Below, piece after piece: positions 8,812-16,463 of a stretch of DNA of 16,838 bases. Position 1 is the stretch's first letter, and every line of letters starts with the position of its first letter. This stretch comes from an uncultured Planctomycetaceae bacterium. GTDB taxonomy: Bacteria; Planctomycetota; Planctomycetia; Pirellulales; Thermoguttaceae. The stretch covers positions 1-16,838 of the forward strand of contig CAZUAM010000069.1 of the NCBI GenBank assembly GCA_964618095.1. Direction: 5' to 3'. Position numbers and translations under genes: made by a program. The notes under the pieces were generated by a model that ran no database searches, was not told the DNA's origin, and saw only the letters and a list, made by a program, of their open reading frames with translations.

Positions 8812-11100
8812 ATGAGCAGACAGATTACGTGGCTTCTGGCGGTAGCGGTCTTCGCGGGTACCGTGCAAGTCAGATTTGGCGCAAAGACGTGCCAACTCGC
8901 CGGCGGCGAGAATCGCGCGTTCGGAGAAGAACGGGTAGCTCGTGTCGGACACGCCGGCAGCTATCGCCTGACGCGCCCGCAGCCGTGCAAACCGCTGCCC
9001 GGCAGAATCCACAAGACCGAAAACGTCAAGGGCGCCGTGGTCACCAACCAATGGTGGAGTTCGCTTCTCTGGCAGCAGAAGAAATTCGGGCAGCCACTCT
9101 TTGCCCACCCGCTTGTGGCAACCTGTTCGGAGAGCGGGCTGGCGATTGGCTATCCCGGCGCAGTGGTCCACGGCAACAACTCGGGCATTTTCGGTGGCGG
9201 CGTGGGAAGAGACGGCGACTTGAAACTGGGCCACTCGGCCGCTCCGACGTTTCGGCAGGTGGACTGCGACGGTTACTCCGACTGGTTCATCGCGGCGTTG
9301 TTTACAGACGGCCAGGCGCGGATGCGTGTGACTCTCGGCCATGGTTCGCCGTTCGTTTATTGCCTTTATCATGGAGGCAACCCGACGGTGAGTTTCACCG
9401 CGCCGCCTCGAGTCTGGTCGGGCAGGGAAGAGCAGCCGATCCTCGGCGTCACCATCCGCGGCCACCACTACGGTCTTTTCGGGCCTGCCGGCTCGCGTTG
9501 GTCCGGGCTGGGAGGGAAGGTCCTCACCAACGAGGCCCCGGGCAAGGGCTATTTCTCCATCGCTCTGCTTCCGGACAACCGCCCGGAGACGCTCGGGCTG
9601 TTCCGCCAATATGCACACCATCATGTCACCGATACCAGGCTGGAGTGCAAGATCGACGGCGGTGTCGTGAAATCGACTTATCGCATGACGTTCAAACGGT
9701 ACGAGGGCGACGACACCCCCGGCACGCTGGTGGCGCTCTATCCGCACCAGTGGAGATACACCACCACGAAACTCACGGACATGACCTACGGATCGGTTCG
9801 GGGAACGATGAGAGTCTGCGCGGGCGAATCGTTCGCCACGGAAGTGCCGGTCCAGGGCGTGCTGCCGATGTTCCCGCCACGGGGCGTTCAGAACAAGGAG
9901 CGGATGATCGGGTATCTGAAAGCCGAAGCCGCCAAGAAGCCCGGCCGATCCGCCGACACCTATTGGGAAGGCAAGCTCCTCGGCCGGCTGGCGACGCTCA
10001 GCGGCATCGCAGAAGCCGTGGGCGATGCCGGCCTGCAACGGGTTTTCGTCGACGAAATCAAGCGCCGGCTCGAGAGTTGGTTCACGGCGACAGCGGAAAA
10101 GGACAGGACGGTCTTCTACTACAACGCCGCCTGGGGCACCCTGATCGGCAGTCCGCCGTCGTACGGCAGCGACATGCCGCTGAACGATCATCATTTCCAC
10201 TACGGCTATTTCATTCGCGCCGCCGCGGAAGTGGCGCGTGTCGATGGCGCATGGGCCAGGAAGTGGGGACCGATGGTCGAGTTGCTCATTCGTGAGATCG
10301 CCTCGCCCGACCGCCGGGACCCCCTGTTCCCTTACCTTCGCTGCTTCGACAAGTACGCGGGCCACTCCTGGGCCTCCGGTGACGCAAACTTTGGGGACGG
10401 CAACAACCAGGAGTCGTCCTCGGAATCGTTGAACGCTTGGTACGGCATGACGCTTTGGGGCCAGGCCACCGGCGACACCGCAATCCGCGATACGGGCCTG
10501 TTTCTCTACAACACGGAACGGACGGCCATCGAGGAGTACTGGTTCGACGTCTCGGCAGAAAACTTCCCGAAAGACTATCCCCAGGTAGCTCTGGGCATGA
10601 TCTGGGGCGGCAAGGGCGCTTTTGCCACGTGGTTCTCCGGCGACATCGATTGCATTCACGGCATCAACTGGCTGCCCTTTACACCCGCGTCGGTCTACAT
10701 GGGTCGCCACCCCGACTACGTGAAAAAGAACTTTGACCGGGTCGTCGCAAGGCGCAAGAGCGGCCAAGACTTCAACACCGGCTGGGGCGATCTGGTGGTG
10801 ATGTTCGGCGCGCTGAGCGATCCCGCCGCCGCCGCCAAGTACATCGACGCGCATCCCGATTGCAGGCTCGAAGGCGGCAACTCACATGCCTTCATGTACC
10901 ACTGGATCTACACGCTCAGGAACCTCGGCCGCAATGACGCCGGCGTCACGGCCGACTATCCGATCCAAAACGTCTTCCGCAAGAACGGCGCCAAAACGTA
11001 TCTGGTCTACAACTATCACGGCTCGCCCTTGACCGTGAGATTCTCCGATGGAAAGATCGTGCAGTCCACCAGCAAGGGGCTTACGACGAGCGGCAAGTGA
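8812..11100 (+). CDS. Secreted glycoside hydrolase family 81 (endo-beta-1,3-glucanase-like).
   Basis: Signal peptide: MSRQITWLLAVAVFAGTVQV. The GH81 catalytic-region signatures are present: SDMPLNDHHFHYGYFIRAAA, DKYAGHSWASG and NNQESSSESLNAWYGMTLWG (the E..E acid pair). I chose the ATG at 8812 over the ORF-track start at 8518, which runs through non-domain Arg-rich sequence. The minus-strand ORF 8503..10854 is an antisense shadow. Confidence 0.85.
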   Translation: MSRQITWLLAVAVFAGTVQVRFGAKTCQLAGGENRAFGEERVARVGHAGSYRLTRPQPCKPLPGRIHKTENVKGAVVTNQWWSSLLWQQKKFGQPLFAHPLVATCSESGLAIGYPGAVVHGNNSGIFGGGVGRDGDLKLGHSAAPTFRQVDCDGYSDWFIAALFTDGQARMRVTLGHGSPFVYCLYHGGNPTVSFTAPPRVWSGREEQPILGVTIRGHHYGLFGPAGSRWSGLGGKVLTNEAPGKGYFSIALLPDNRPETLGLFRQYAHHHVTDTRLECKIDGGVVKSTYRMTFKRYEGDDTPGTLVALYPHQWRYTTTKLTDMTYGSVRGTMRVCAGESFATEVPVQGVLPMFPPRGVQNKERMIGYLKAEAAKKPGRSADTYWEGKLLGRLATLSGIAEAVGDAGLQRVFVDEIKRRLESWFTATAEKDRTVFYYNAAWGTLIGSPPSYGSDMPLNDHHFHYGYFIRAAAEVARVDGAWARKWGPMVELLIREIASPDRRDPLFPYLRCFDKYAGHSWASGDANFGDGNNQESSSESLNAWYGMTLWGQATGDTAIRDTGLFLYNTERTAIEEYWFDVSAENFPKDYPQVALGMIWGGKGAFATWFSGDIDCIHGINWLPFTPASVYMGRHPDYVKKNFDRVVARRKSGQDFNTGWGDLVVMFGALSDPAAAAKYIDAHPDCRLEGGNSHAFMYHWIYTLRNLGRNDAGVTADYPIQNVFRKNGAKTYLVYNYHGSPLTVRFSDGKIVQSTSKGLTTSGK

Positions 11101-11224
11101 GTTCCAGCCTCTGGGCGGACCGCCCGAAGCAAACAGGGCTCGCGGCACCGCCGCCCTTTCCCCGGGACGCCCCCATGCGGTATGATGAACCCGATCAGCC
11201 CCACCGGCCTGAGGAGAAAACCCC

Positions 11225-11734
11225 ATGCCCGAGCCCCGAGACCATACCGAGCAGCGTAACCTGGTCGAGAGCATCCTCCGGCACATCCCGGGCTTCCGGG
11301 GCTACCTGGAGAAGGAATATCGCCGGGAAAGCGACGATCTGCAGCGGGACTGGCTGGCGGACCGCCTACAGCGCTCCAAGCGGGCGATCGATGAGCTCAG
11401 CCGCCCCCTGGCCGACGCCGGACAGATCGACCTGTTGCCCCAGGTCGATCGGCTCCGCGGACGGCTCGACAAGCTGATCGGGCGGATCCGCGGCGCCGTG
11501 CAGGGCTACAGCGGATTCTTCGACCTAGTCCGGGTCGATGAAGAGTTGCTGGATCGGGTCTACGAGCACGACGTGGCCCTGATGGGGCAGGTCGACGTCC
11601 TGGCCCGCGCCGTCGAAGAGCTGCCGGAAAAGCAGGAGAAACTGGCCGCCCTGCTGCCCGATCTGCTCCGCCAGACCGACGAGCTGGAACGCCTGTGGGA
11701 CGTGCGGGAAGATATGCTCAAGGGGCTGGAGTGA
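11225..11734 (+). CDS. Hypothetical protein, predicted to be an alpha-helical coiled coil. It is probably co-transcribed with the downstream SPFH gene.
   Basis: A good RBS (GAGGAGAAAA) sits 4 nt before the ATG. A TATGAT -10-like hexamer lies at 11180-11185. The protein is rich in E/R/L/D heptad-like segments (LQRDWLADRLQRSKRAIDELSRPL..., LDKLIGRIRGAV..., LPEKQEKLAALLPDLLRQTDELERLW). I found no recognisable catalytic motif. Confidence 0.7.
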   Translation: MPEPRDHTEQRNLVESILRHIPGFRGYLEKEYRRESDDLQRDWLADRLQRSKRAIDELSRPLADAGQIDLLPQVDRLRGRLDKLIGRIRGAVQGYSGFFDLVRVDEELLDRVYEHDVALMGQVDVLARAVEELPEKQEKLAALLPDLLRQTDELERLWDVREDMLKGLE

Positions 11735-11735
11735 G

Positions 11736-11790
11736 GAATGCTGGATGCTGAATGCTGAATGCCAAGTGCTGAATGCTGAATGCTGAACGA
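11736..11790. repeat. Heptanucleotide tandem array b, with about 7 units of (T/A)GAATGC: GAATGCTG GATGCTG AATGCTG AATGCCA AGTGCTG AATGCTG AATGCTG AAC.
   Basis: The 7-bp periodicity is strict. The array starts 2 nt after the stop of the coiled-coil gene and ends 32 nt before the SPFH start. It is followed by CTGCAATTAGGGAG, which contains the SD. The same TGCAATTAGGG precedes the minus-strand gene at 6680. Confidence 0.6.
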
Positions 11791-11821
11791 CAGAGAGGCC
11801 CTGCAATTAGGGAGTCTTCAC

Positions 11822-13189
11822 ATGGCGATACGTATGGAAGTGATCAAGTTTTTCGACGAGACGAACCGCTCGCTGGTTCATCGGGAGCCGCCGCAGGGCT
11901 CGACCGACATCAAGGTCGGTGCCCAACTGATCGTGCAGGAGAACCAGGAGGCGGTCTTCTTTCGCGACGGCAAGGCGATGGACTGCTTCGGCCCCGGCCG
12001 CCATACGCTGACCACGCAGAACGTGCCGATCATCACCCGGATCCTCACGATCCCCTGGCAGGAGTCGCCCTTCCAGGCCCAGGTCTACTTCGTCGGCAGG
12101 CAGACCTTCCTCGACCAGAAGTGGGGCACCCGCCAGCCGATCACCTTCCGCGACGCCGACTTCGGCATGGTGCGGCTGCGGAGCTTCGGCAAGTACTCCT
12201 TCCGCGTGGTCGACTCGGCATTGTTGATCAACACGCTGGTCGGCACCCAGGGGAAGTACACCACCGACGAGGTGAGCGCCTTCCTGAAGGACCTGATCGT
12301 CGCCCGGCTGGCCGACCTCCTGGGGACGTTGGGGATCAGCCTGCTCGATCTGCCGGCGAAGTACGACGAGGTCGCCGCGGGCACCCGGGCGAAGGTGACC
12401 GAGGAGTTCGGCAAGTACGGCCTGGAGCTGGTCGATTTCTTCATCAACGCGGTCACCCCGCCCGAGGAGGTCCAGAAGGCCATCGACGCCCGAAGTGCCA
12501 TGGGGGCGGTGGGAGATCTGAACGCCTTTATGAAATTCCAGGCGGCCAACAGCATGTCGAAGCTGGCCGAGCAGCAGGGCGGCCCGGGCGGCGGCATGGG
12601 GGCCGGGGCGATGGGGATGGGGATGGGGGCCGGGTTCGGCATGATGATGCCGGGGATGATCCAGCAGGCCATGGCCGGCGGCAGCCACCCCGCACCCGGG
12701 ACATCGCCGCCCGCCACGCCGGCTCCGGCTGCTAAGCCGCAAGCGGCCGCGGGGCCCGATTTCGCCGACCTGGCCCCGGTGACTACCGATCCGAAGTCGA
12801 TGGTCCGCAACGTGGCCCAGGCCGCCGGCTACAAGATCGCCGAGTCGGGCAACACGATGCAGATCACCGTCCCGATCGGCTCCCTGCGGAAGCAACTGGT
12901 CACAGTCGATTTCGGCAAGACCGACGAGTCGGGCCACTCGATGGTCGGCTACTGGTCGATCTGCGGCCCGGTGAGCGAGAAGAACGCCATGTCGCTGTTG
13001 CGCTACAACACGCAGCTCCTCCACGGGGCCTTCGCCGCCAGACAAGTCGGCGGCGCCGAGGTGGTCGTGATCCAGGCCAACCAGCTCGCCGAGACCCTCG
13101 ACCCGCTGGAGGTCAGCCGCGTCCTCTCGGCGGTGGCCTGGCAGGCCGACCAGGTCGAGCAGAAGCTCGTCGGCGAGGATGAGTATTGA
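11822..13189 (+). CDS. SPFH/Band-7 family protein (Band_7_1/YdjI-like N-terminal domain) fused through a Gly/Met/Pro-rich linker to a YbjN/T3SS-chaperone-like C-terminal domain.
   Basis: The N-terminus is [72 protein letters not shown]... It is followed by a typical SPFH core and the stretch [37 protein letters not shown]. The roughly 130-aa C-terminal domain ([30 protein letters not shown]...GYWSICGPV...[13 protein letters not shown]...) has the pattern of the putative sensory-transduction-regulator (YbjN) fold. The start ATG at 11822 sits 8 nt after AGGGAG. The ORF-track start at 11780 lies inside the tandem repeat. Confidence 0.85.
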   Translation: MAIRMEVIKFFDETNRSLVHREPPQGSTDIKVGAQLIVQENQEAVFFRDGKAMDCFGPGRHTLTTQNVPIITRILTIPWQESPFQAQVYFVGRQTFLDQKWGTRQPITFRDADFGMVRLRSFGKYSFRVVDSALLINTLVGTQGKYTTDEVSAFLKDLIVARLADLLGTLGISLLDLPAKYDEVAAGTRAKVTEEFGKYGLELVDFFINAVTPPEEVQKAIDARSAMGAVGDLNAFMKFQAANSMSKLAEQQGGPGGGMGAGAMGMGMGAGFGMMMPGMIQQAMAGGSHPAPGTSPPATPAPAAKPQAAAGPDFADLAPVTTDPKSMVRNVAQAAGYKIAESGNTMQITVPIGSLRKQLVTVDFGKTDESGHSMVGYWSICGPVSEKNAMSLLRYNTQLLHGAFAARQVGGAEVVVIQANQLAETLDPLEVSRVLSAVAWQADQVEQKLVGEDEY

Positions 13190-13190
13190 G

Positions 13191-13240
13191 GATCCCAGAT
13201 TGCAGACTGCAAATTGAAAAATGCAAACTGTAAATTGACG
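13191..13240. repeat. AT-rich heptanucleotide tandem array c, with about 6 units: CAGATTG CAGACTG CAAATTG AAAAATG CAAACTG TAAATTG.
   Basis: It starts 2 nt after the SPFH stop and ends 33 nt before the permease GTG. It belongs to the same AAAYTGM family as the array at 6696-6740. It contains an extended -10-like TGTAAATT. Confidence 0.6.
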
Positions 13241-13272
13241 AGTCGGCGAGCGAAAACACCAGTGGCCGCACT

Positions 13273-14799
13273 GTGGATGGTCGCACTTGGAGCCTGGCGC
13301 TGAACACCCTGCTGCTTTGCGGGGCCACCTGCGCGATCAGTCTGCCGCTGGGCAGTGTCTTGTCTTGGCTGCTTGCGCGGACGGATCTGCCGGGGCGGCG
13401 GATCGGGATGCCGCTGTTGGGGCTGATGCTCTTTGTGCCGCTCTATCTCCAGGCCGCCGCGTGGAACGCCGGGTTCGGCGTGCAGGGATGGTTTACGTCG
13501 GCCGTCGCGCTGCCCGCGTGGCTGGAAGAGTGGACGTTGCTGGAAGGCTGGCGGGCGGCGATCTGGATTCATAGCATGGCCGCCGTGCCCTGGGTGGCAC
13601 TCATCGTGGGCCTGGGGCTGCTCCTGGTCGAGCCCGAGCTGGAGGAACAGGCCCTGCTCGACGGCTCGCCGCGGCAGGTACTCTTCCGCGTCACGCTCCG
13701 CAGTGCGCTGCCGGCGGTGGGGGTCGCCGCACTCTGGGTGGCCGTGGTCACGGCGGGCGAGGCGACCGTCACCGAGCTGTTTCAGGTGCGGACCTACGCC
13801 GAGGTGCTGTTTACCCGGCTGGGACCCATGCGCATGGAGCCTGGCGAAGCCGTCCTGGGGATGGGCCCCGGGCTGGCTTTGAGTGCCGGGCTGGTCGTGG
13901 CGGTGCTCCTGGTGTGCGCCAGGCTGCTGCCGCGCCGGCGGCCGATCAGCCTGCGGCGCCGATGGGTCTTCCGGCTGGGCCTTTGGCGGGTGCCGCTGGG
14001 GCTTGCGGTGGGACTGGTGCTGCTGCTGTTGGTCGGCGTGCCGCTGGTGAACCTCTGCTACAAGGCCGGCGTGGTGATCACCCGGACCGACACCGGCTGG
14101 GTGTGGACCTGGTCGGTGCGGAATTGCGGCCGGATGGTGGCCGAATGTCTGGTGGACCATCGCCGCGCGTTCGGCTGGTCGTTGGGCATCGGCGCGTTGG
14201 CGGCCACCGCGGCGGTGGTCGCGGCGATTGCCCTGGCATGGCCGGCCCGGCGTGGCGGCCTGCGGGCGGTGCCGGCCCTGGTGGCTACGGCGGTTTTCCT
14301 GGCGCTGCCGGGGCCGGTGGTCGGGCTGGGGATCATCTGGCTGTTCAACTTTCCGAATTCTCGGCGGCTGTTTTGGCTTTACGACCAACCGATCCCGGCC
14401 CCTTGGATGGCCTTGACGCTTCGCGCCGTGCCGCTGGCGACCTTGATCATGTGGCACGCGCTGCGATCCGTCCCGGCAGAGCTGCTCCAGAGCGCGGCCA
14501 TCGACGGAGCCGGTCCGCTCCGGCGGCTCTGGAGCGTCGCCCTGCGGTGCCGGCTGTCCGCCGTGGCCCTGGCCTGGGTGGTGGCCCTGGCGGTGGCCCT
14601 GGGCGATCTGGGGGCAAGCTTCCTGGTGGTACCCCCTGGAGTGGAGATCCTGTCCATGCTGATTCGCGAAAAGGTCCACTCCGGCCAGGAGTTCGAGGTG
14701 GCCGGGATCTGCCTGGTCCTGGTTCTCCTGTTTGCCGCCGTGGCCGGGATCGCCGCCTGGCTGGCGCGGCGTTGGGGCCGCGGCGTCACCACCGGGTAG
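13273..14799 (+). CDS. Fused two-domain ABC transporter permease (FbpB/ThiP/CysW-type inner-membrane component), with a 5+6 TM arrangement. It is an orphan: no ATPase or substrate-binding gene is nearby.
   Basis: Two EAA loops are present: LEEQALLDGSPRQVLFRVTLRSALPAVG and AELLQSAAIDGAGPLRRLWSVALRCRLSAVAL. There are about 11 hydrophobic helices. It has a GTG start. The N-terminal half begins directly with the conserved NTLLL...LARTDLPGRR helix, so it lacks the extra first TM and loop that the second half has. Confidence 0.8.
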   Translation: MDGRTWSLALNTLLLCGATCAISLPLGSVLSWLLARTDLPGRRIGMPLLGLMLFVPLYLQAAAWNAGFGVQGWFTSAVALPAWLEEWTLLEGWRAAIWIHSMAAVPWVALIVGLGLLLVEPELEEQALLDGSPRQVLFRVTLRSALPAVGVAALWVAVVTAGEATVTELFQVRTYAEVLFTRLGPMRMEPGEAVLGMGPGLALSAGLVVAVLLVCARLLPRRRPISLRRRWVFRLGLWRVPLGLAVGLVLLLLVGVPLVNLCYKAGVVITRTDTGWVWTWSVRNCGRMVAECLVDHRRAFGWSLGIGALAATAAVVAAIALAWPARRGGLRAVPALVATAVFLALPGPVVGLGIIWLFNFPNSRRLFWLYDQPIPAPWMALTLRAVPLATLIMWHALRSVPAELLQSAAIDGAGPLRRLWSVALRCRLSAVALAWVVALAVALGDLGASFLVVPPGVEILSMLIREKVHSGQEFEVAGICLVLVLLFAAVAGIAAWLARRWGRGVTTG

Positions 14800-14834
14800 C
14801 CGACGCCCCCCAAGGCAAGCCGGTCCATCCCGGG

Positions 14835-14840
14835 TATAAT
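14835..14840 (+). promoter_or_regulatory. Consensus TATAAT -10 hexamer, 36 nt after the permease stop and 190 nt upstream of the DUF1570 gene.
   Basis: CCGGGTATAATAAAG, followed 5 nt later by TTGAGG. There is no clear -35. Confidence 0.3.
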
Positions 14841-14865
14841 AAAGTTGAGGGCATCAACAACAATC

Positions 14866-15028
14866 GCATAAAGCCGCGACGCAACAATCGCATAAAGCCG
14901 CGACCGTTGGTCGCGCCAGAAGGGAGAGGGCATAGGGGCGCGACGAACGGTCGCGGGTCTGTAAGAACGGCGCGACCAACGGTCGCGGCTTTATGGGAAG
15001 GGCGCGACGAACGGTCGCGGGTTTGTGA
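14866..15028 (+). promoter_or_regulatory. Array of palindromic repeats, either operator-like or a structured 5' leader. It has two direct copies of CAACAATCGCATAAAGCCGCGAC, four CGCGAC(C)-N3-5-(G)GTCGCG palindromes and a perfect 26-bp inverted repeat.
   Basis: 14894-14919 (CATAAAGCCGCGACCGTTGGTCGCGC) is the exact reverse complement of 14969-14994 (GCGCGACCAACGGTCGCGGCTTTATG). GCGCGACGAACGGTCGCGGGTYTGTRAG is repeated at 14937-14964 and 15001-15028. The array abuts the GTG start at 15029. Confidence 0.5.
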
Positions 15029-16189
15029 GTGACGAAGACAACGGTGAACAGCGTGAAGCGACTGACGTGCTTGATCGTACTCTGTTTCGGCTGGGCCGAT
15101 GCTGCGGCCGCCCTGGACCACGTGGTGCTGCGGCGAGGGGGGAAGCAGATCCACGTCGACGGCCGGCTGCTGGTGACCGCCCAGGACGGCGGCCTGTTGG
15201 TGCTGGCCCGCGACGGCGTGCTCTGGGCGGTTCCGCCCGAGCAGCAGGTCAAGCACAGCAGCGACGAGCTGCCCTTCAAACCGCTCTCGCGCGAAGAGAT
15301 GTCGAATCGGCTGCTGGCCGAATTGCCGCCGGGCTTCGACGTTCACCAAACGGCGAATTATCTGATTTGCTATAACACCTCTCGGGCCTACGCGCAGTGG
15401 TGCGGGTCGTTGTTCGAGCGGCTGTACCGGGCGTTTACCAACTACTGGACCCGCCGGGGGTTCAAGCTGTCCGAGCCCGAGTTCCCCTTGGTGGCCGTCG
15501 TATTTGCCGATCAGCGTTCCTACACCGAGTTTTCGAAATCGGAGCTGGGCGACGCGGCCCCTTCGATCATCGGTTACTACAGTCTGCGGACGAGCTGGAT
15601 GATGACGTATGATCTGACAGGCATGGAGGCGCTCAGCCGGTTTGGCAACCGGCGTGCTACGACGGCCCAGATCAACCGGATTCTGGCCCGGCCCGACGCC
15701 CTGCGCCAGGTTTCGACGATCGTCCACGAGGCGACGCATCAGATCGCCTTCAACTGCGGCCTGCACACCCGCTACAGCGATTGCCCGCTGTGGTTCAGCG
15801 AGGGGATCGCGATCTACTTCGAGACGCCCGACCTGCGGAGCAAGCAGGGCTGGAGCGGGATCGGGGGGGTCAACCGGCCGCGGCTGGTGCGGTTTCACCA
15901 GTATCTGAAGCGCCGGCCGCCCGATTCGCTTCAGACCCTGATCGCGGGCGACGAGCGTTTCCGCGATCCCAAGCAGAGCCTCGACGCCTACGCCGAGGCC
16001 TGGGCGCTGACCTACTACCTGATCCGGCGGCACCCGAAGCAGTACCTCGCCTACCTGAAGTCGCTCTCCGAGAAGAAGCCGCTGCTGTCGGACGGTCCCA
16101 AGGTTCGATTGGAGGAGTTCCAGCGGACCTTCGGCGACTTGGAGCAGGTGGATGCCGCGTTTGTGCGGTATCTGATCGGGATTCGTTGA
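15029..16189 (+). CDS. DUF1570-like secreted protein with an HExxH...E zinc-metallopeptidase-type motif (putative gluzincin-like).
   Basis: The signal peptide is VKRLTCLIVLCFGWADAAAA. In-frame GTG starts occur at 15029, 15044 and 15053. The motif HEATHQIAFNCGLHTRYSDCPLWFSEGIAIYFE matches HExxH plus a downstream Glu. The overall size (about 380 aa) and composition match the planctomycete-expanded DUF1570 family as I recall it. Confidence 0.7.
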   Translation: MTKTTVNSVKRLTCLIVLCFGWADAAAALDHVVLRRGGKQIHVDGRLLVTAQDGGLLVLARDGVLWAVPPEQQVKHSSDELPFKPLSREEMSNRLLAELPPGFDVHQTANYLICYNTSRAYAQWCGSLFERLYRAFTNYWTRRGFKLSEPEFPLVAVVFADQRSYTEFSKSELGDAAPSIIGYYSLRTSWMMTYDLTGMEALSRFGNRRATTAQINRILARPDALRQVSTIVHEATHQIAFNCGLHTRYSDCPLWFSEGIAIYFETPDLRSKQGWSGIGGVNRPRLVRFHQYLKRRPPDSLQTLIAGDERFRDPKQSLDAYAEAWALTYYLIRRHPKQYLAYLKSLSEKKPLLSDGPKVRLEEFQRTFGDLEQVDAAFVRYLIGIR

Positions 16190-16350
16190 CGATTGCCCTG
16201 GGTTGCTTGCTCCCGGCCGGGTGATTGGTTATGTTGTGGGAGACGACTCCGGTCGCCCATTCCTGCGGGAGGGGAATCTGCCGGCGAGCAGCGTGTGCAA
16301 GATCGCACGCCGGAGACACCGATCGGCCGCTACGGCAGCCTCCTACCCAT

Positions 16351-16417
16351 TTAGCCGCCGATGGCACGTCGGCGCGGCAACGAGCAGTGTCAACGCCGAT
16401 GTGCCGTCGGCGGCTAA
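16351..16417. repeat. Inverted pair of TTTAGCCGCCG...GGCACG elements, giving a 25-bp imperfect inverted repeat with a 17-nt spacer. Each unit is itself a small hairpin.
   Basis: TTTAGCCGCCGATGGCACGTCGGCG (16351-16375) and CGCCGATGTGCCGTCGGCGGCTAAA (16393-16417) are reverse complements with 2 mismatches. Within each unit, CGCCGA-N7-TCGGCG forms a hairpin. The pair lies 47 nt upstream of the oxidoreductase start. The same element occurs at 6663-6695. Confidence 0.5.
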
Positions 16418-16463
16418 ACCAGGCAGCGGAAGTTATTCCCTGACAATTATCAAGGAGCCAACC

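Noticed and set aside
8503-10854. A 783-aa minus-strand ORF and other long antisense ORFs (6757..8091+, 11807..13045-, 13003..14679-, 14786..16033-, 4519..5979-, 2621..3391-).
   Set aside because: Each overlaps a gene with strong family signatures on the other strand (GH81, eno, SPFH, ABC permease, DUF1570, HD-GYP, lipoprotein). Their Arg/Pro/Gly-rich, low-complexity translations are typical antisense artefacts in high-GC DNA.
13200-13240. A sigma70-type promoter inside heptamer array c (TTGAAA ... TGTAAATT).
   Set aside because: The spacing between the -35-like and -10-like hexamers is 11 nt or 25 nt rather than 16-18 nt. Periodic TTG/TAA occurrences are expected by chance in such repeats.
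13273-14799. Calling the ABC permease a 5'-truncated pseudogene.
   Set aside because: Five-TM MetI/ModB-like cores are legitimate. The upstream in-frame sequence is inside the SPFH gene, so there is no evidence of a disrupted longer ORF. I kept it as an intact CDS with a note.
16203-16235. A TTGCTC-N17-TATGTT promoter for the oxidoreductase gene.
   Set aside because: The match to consensus is marginal and it cannot be distinguished from chance without TSS data. I did not report it as a feature.
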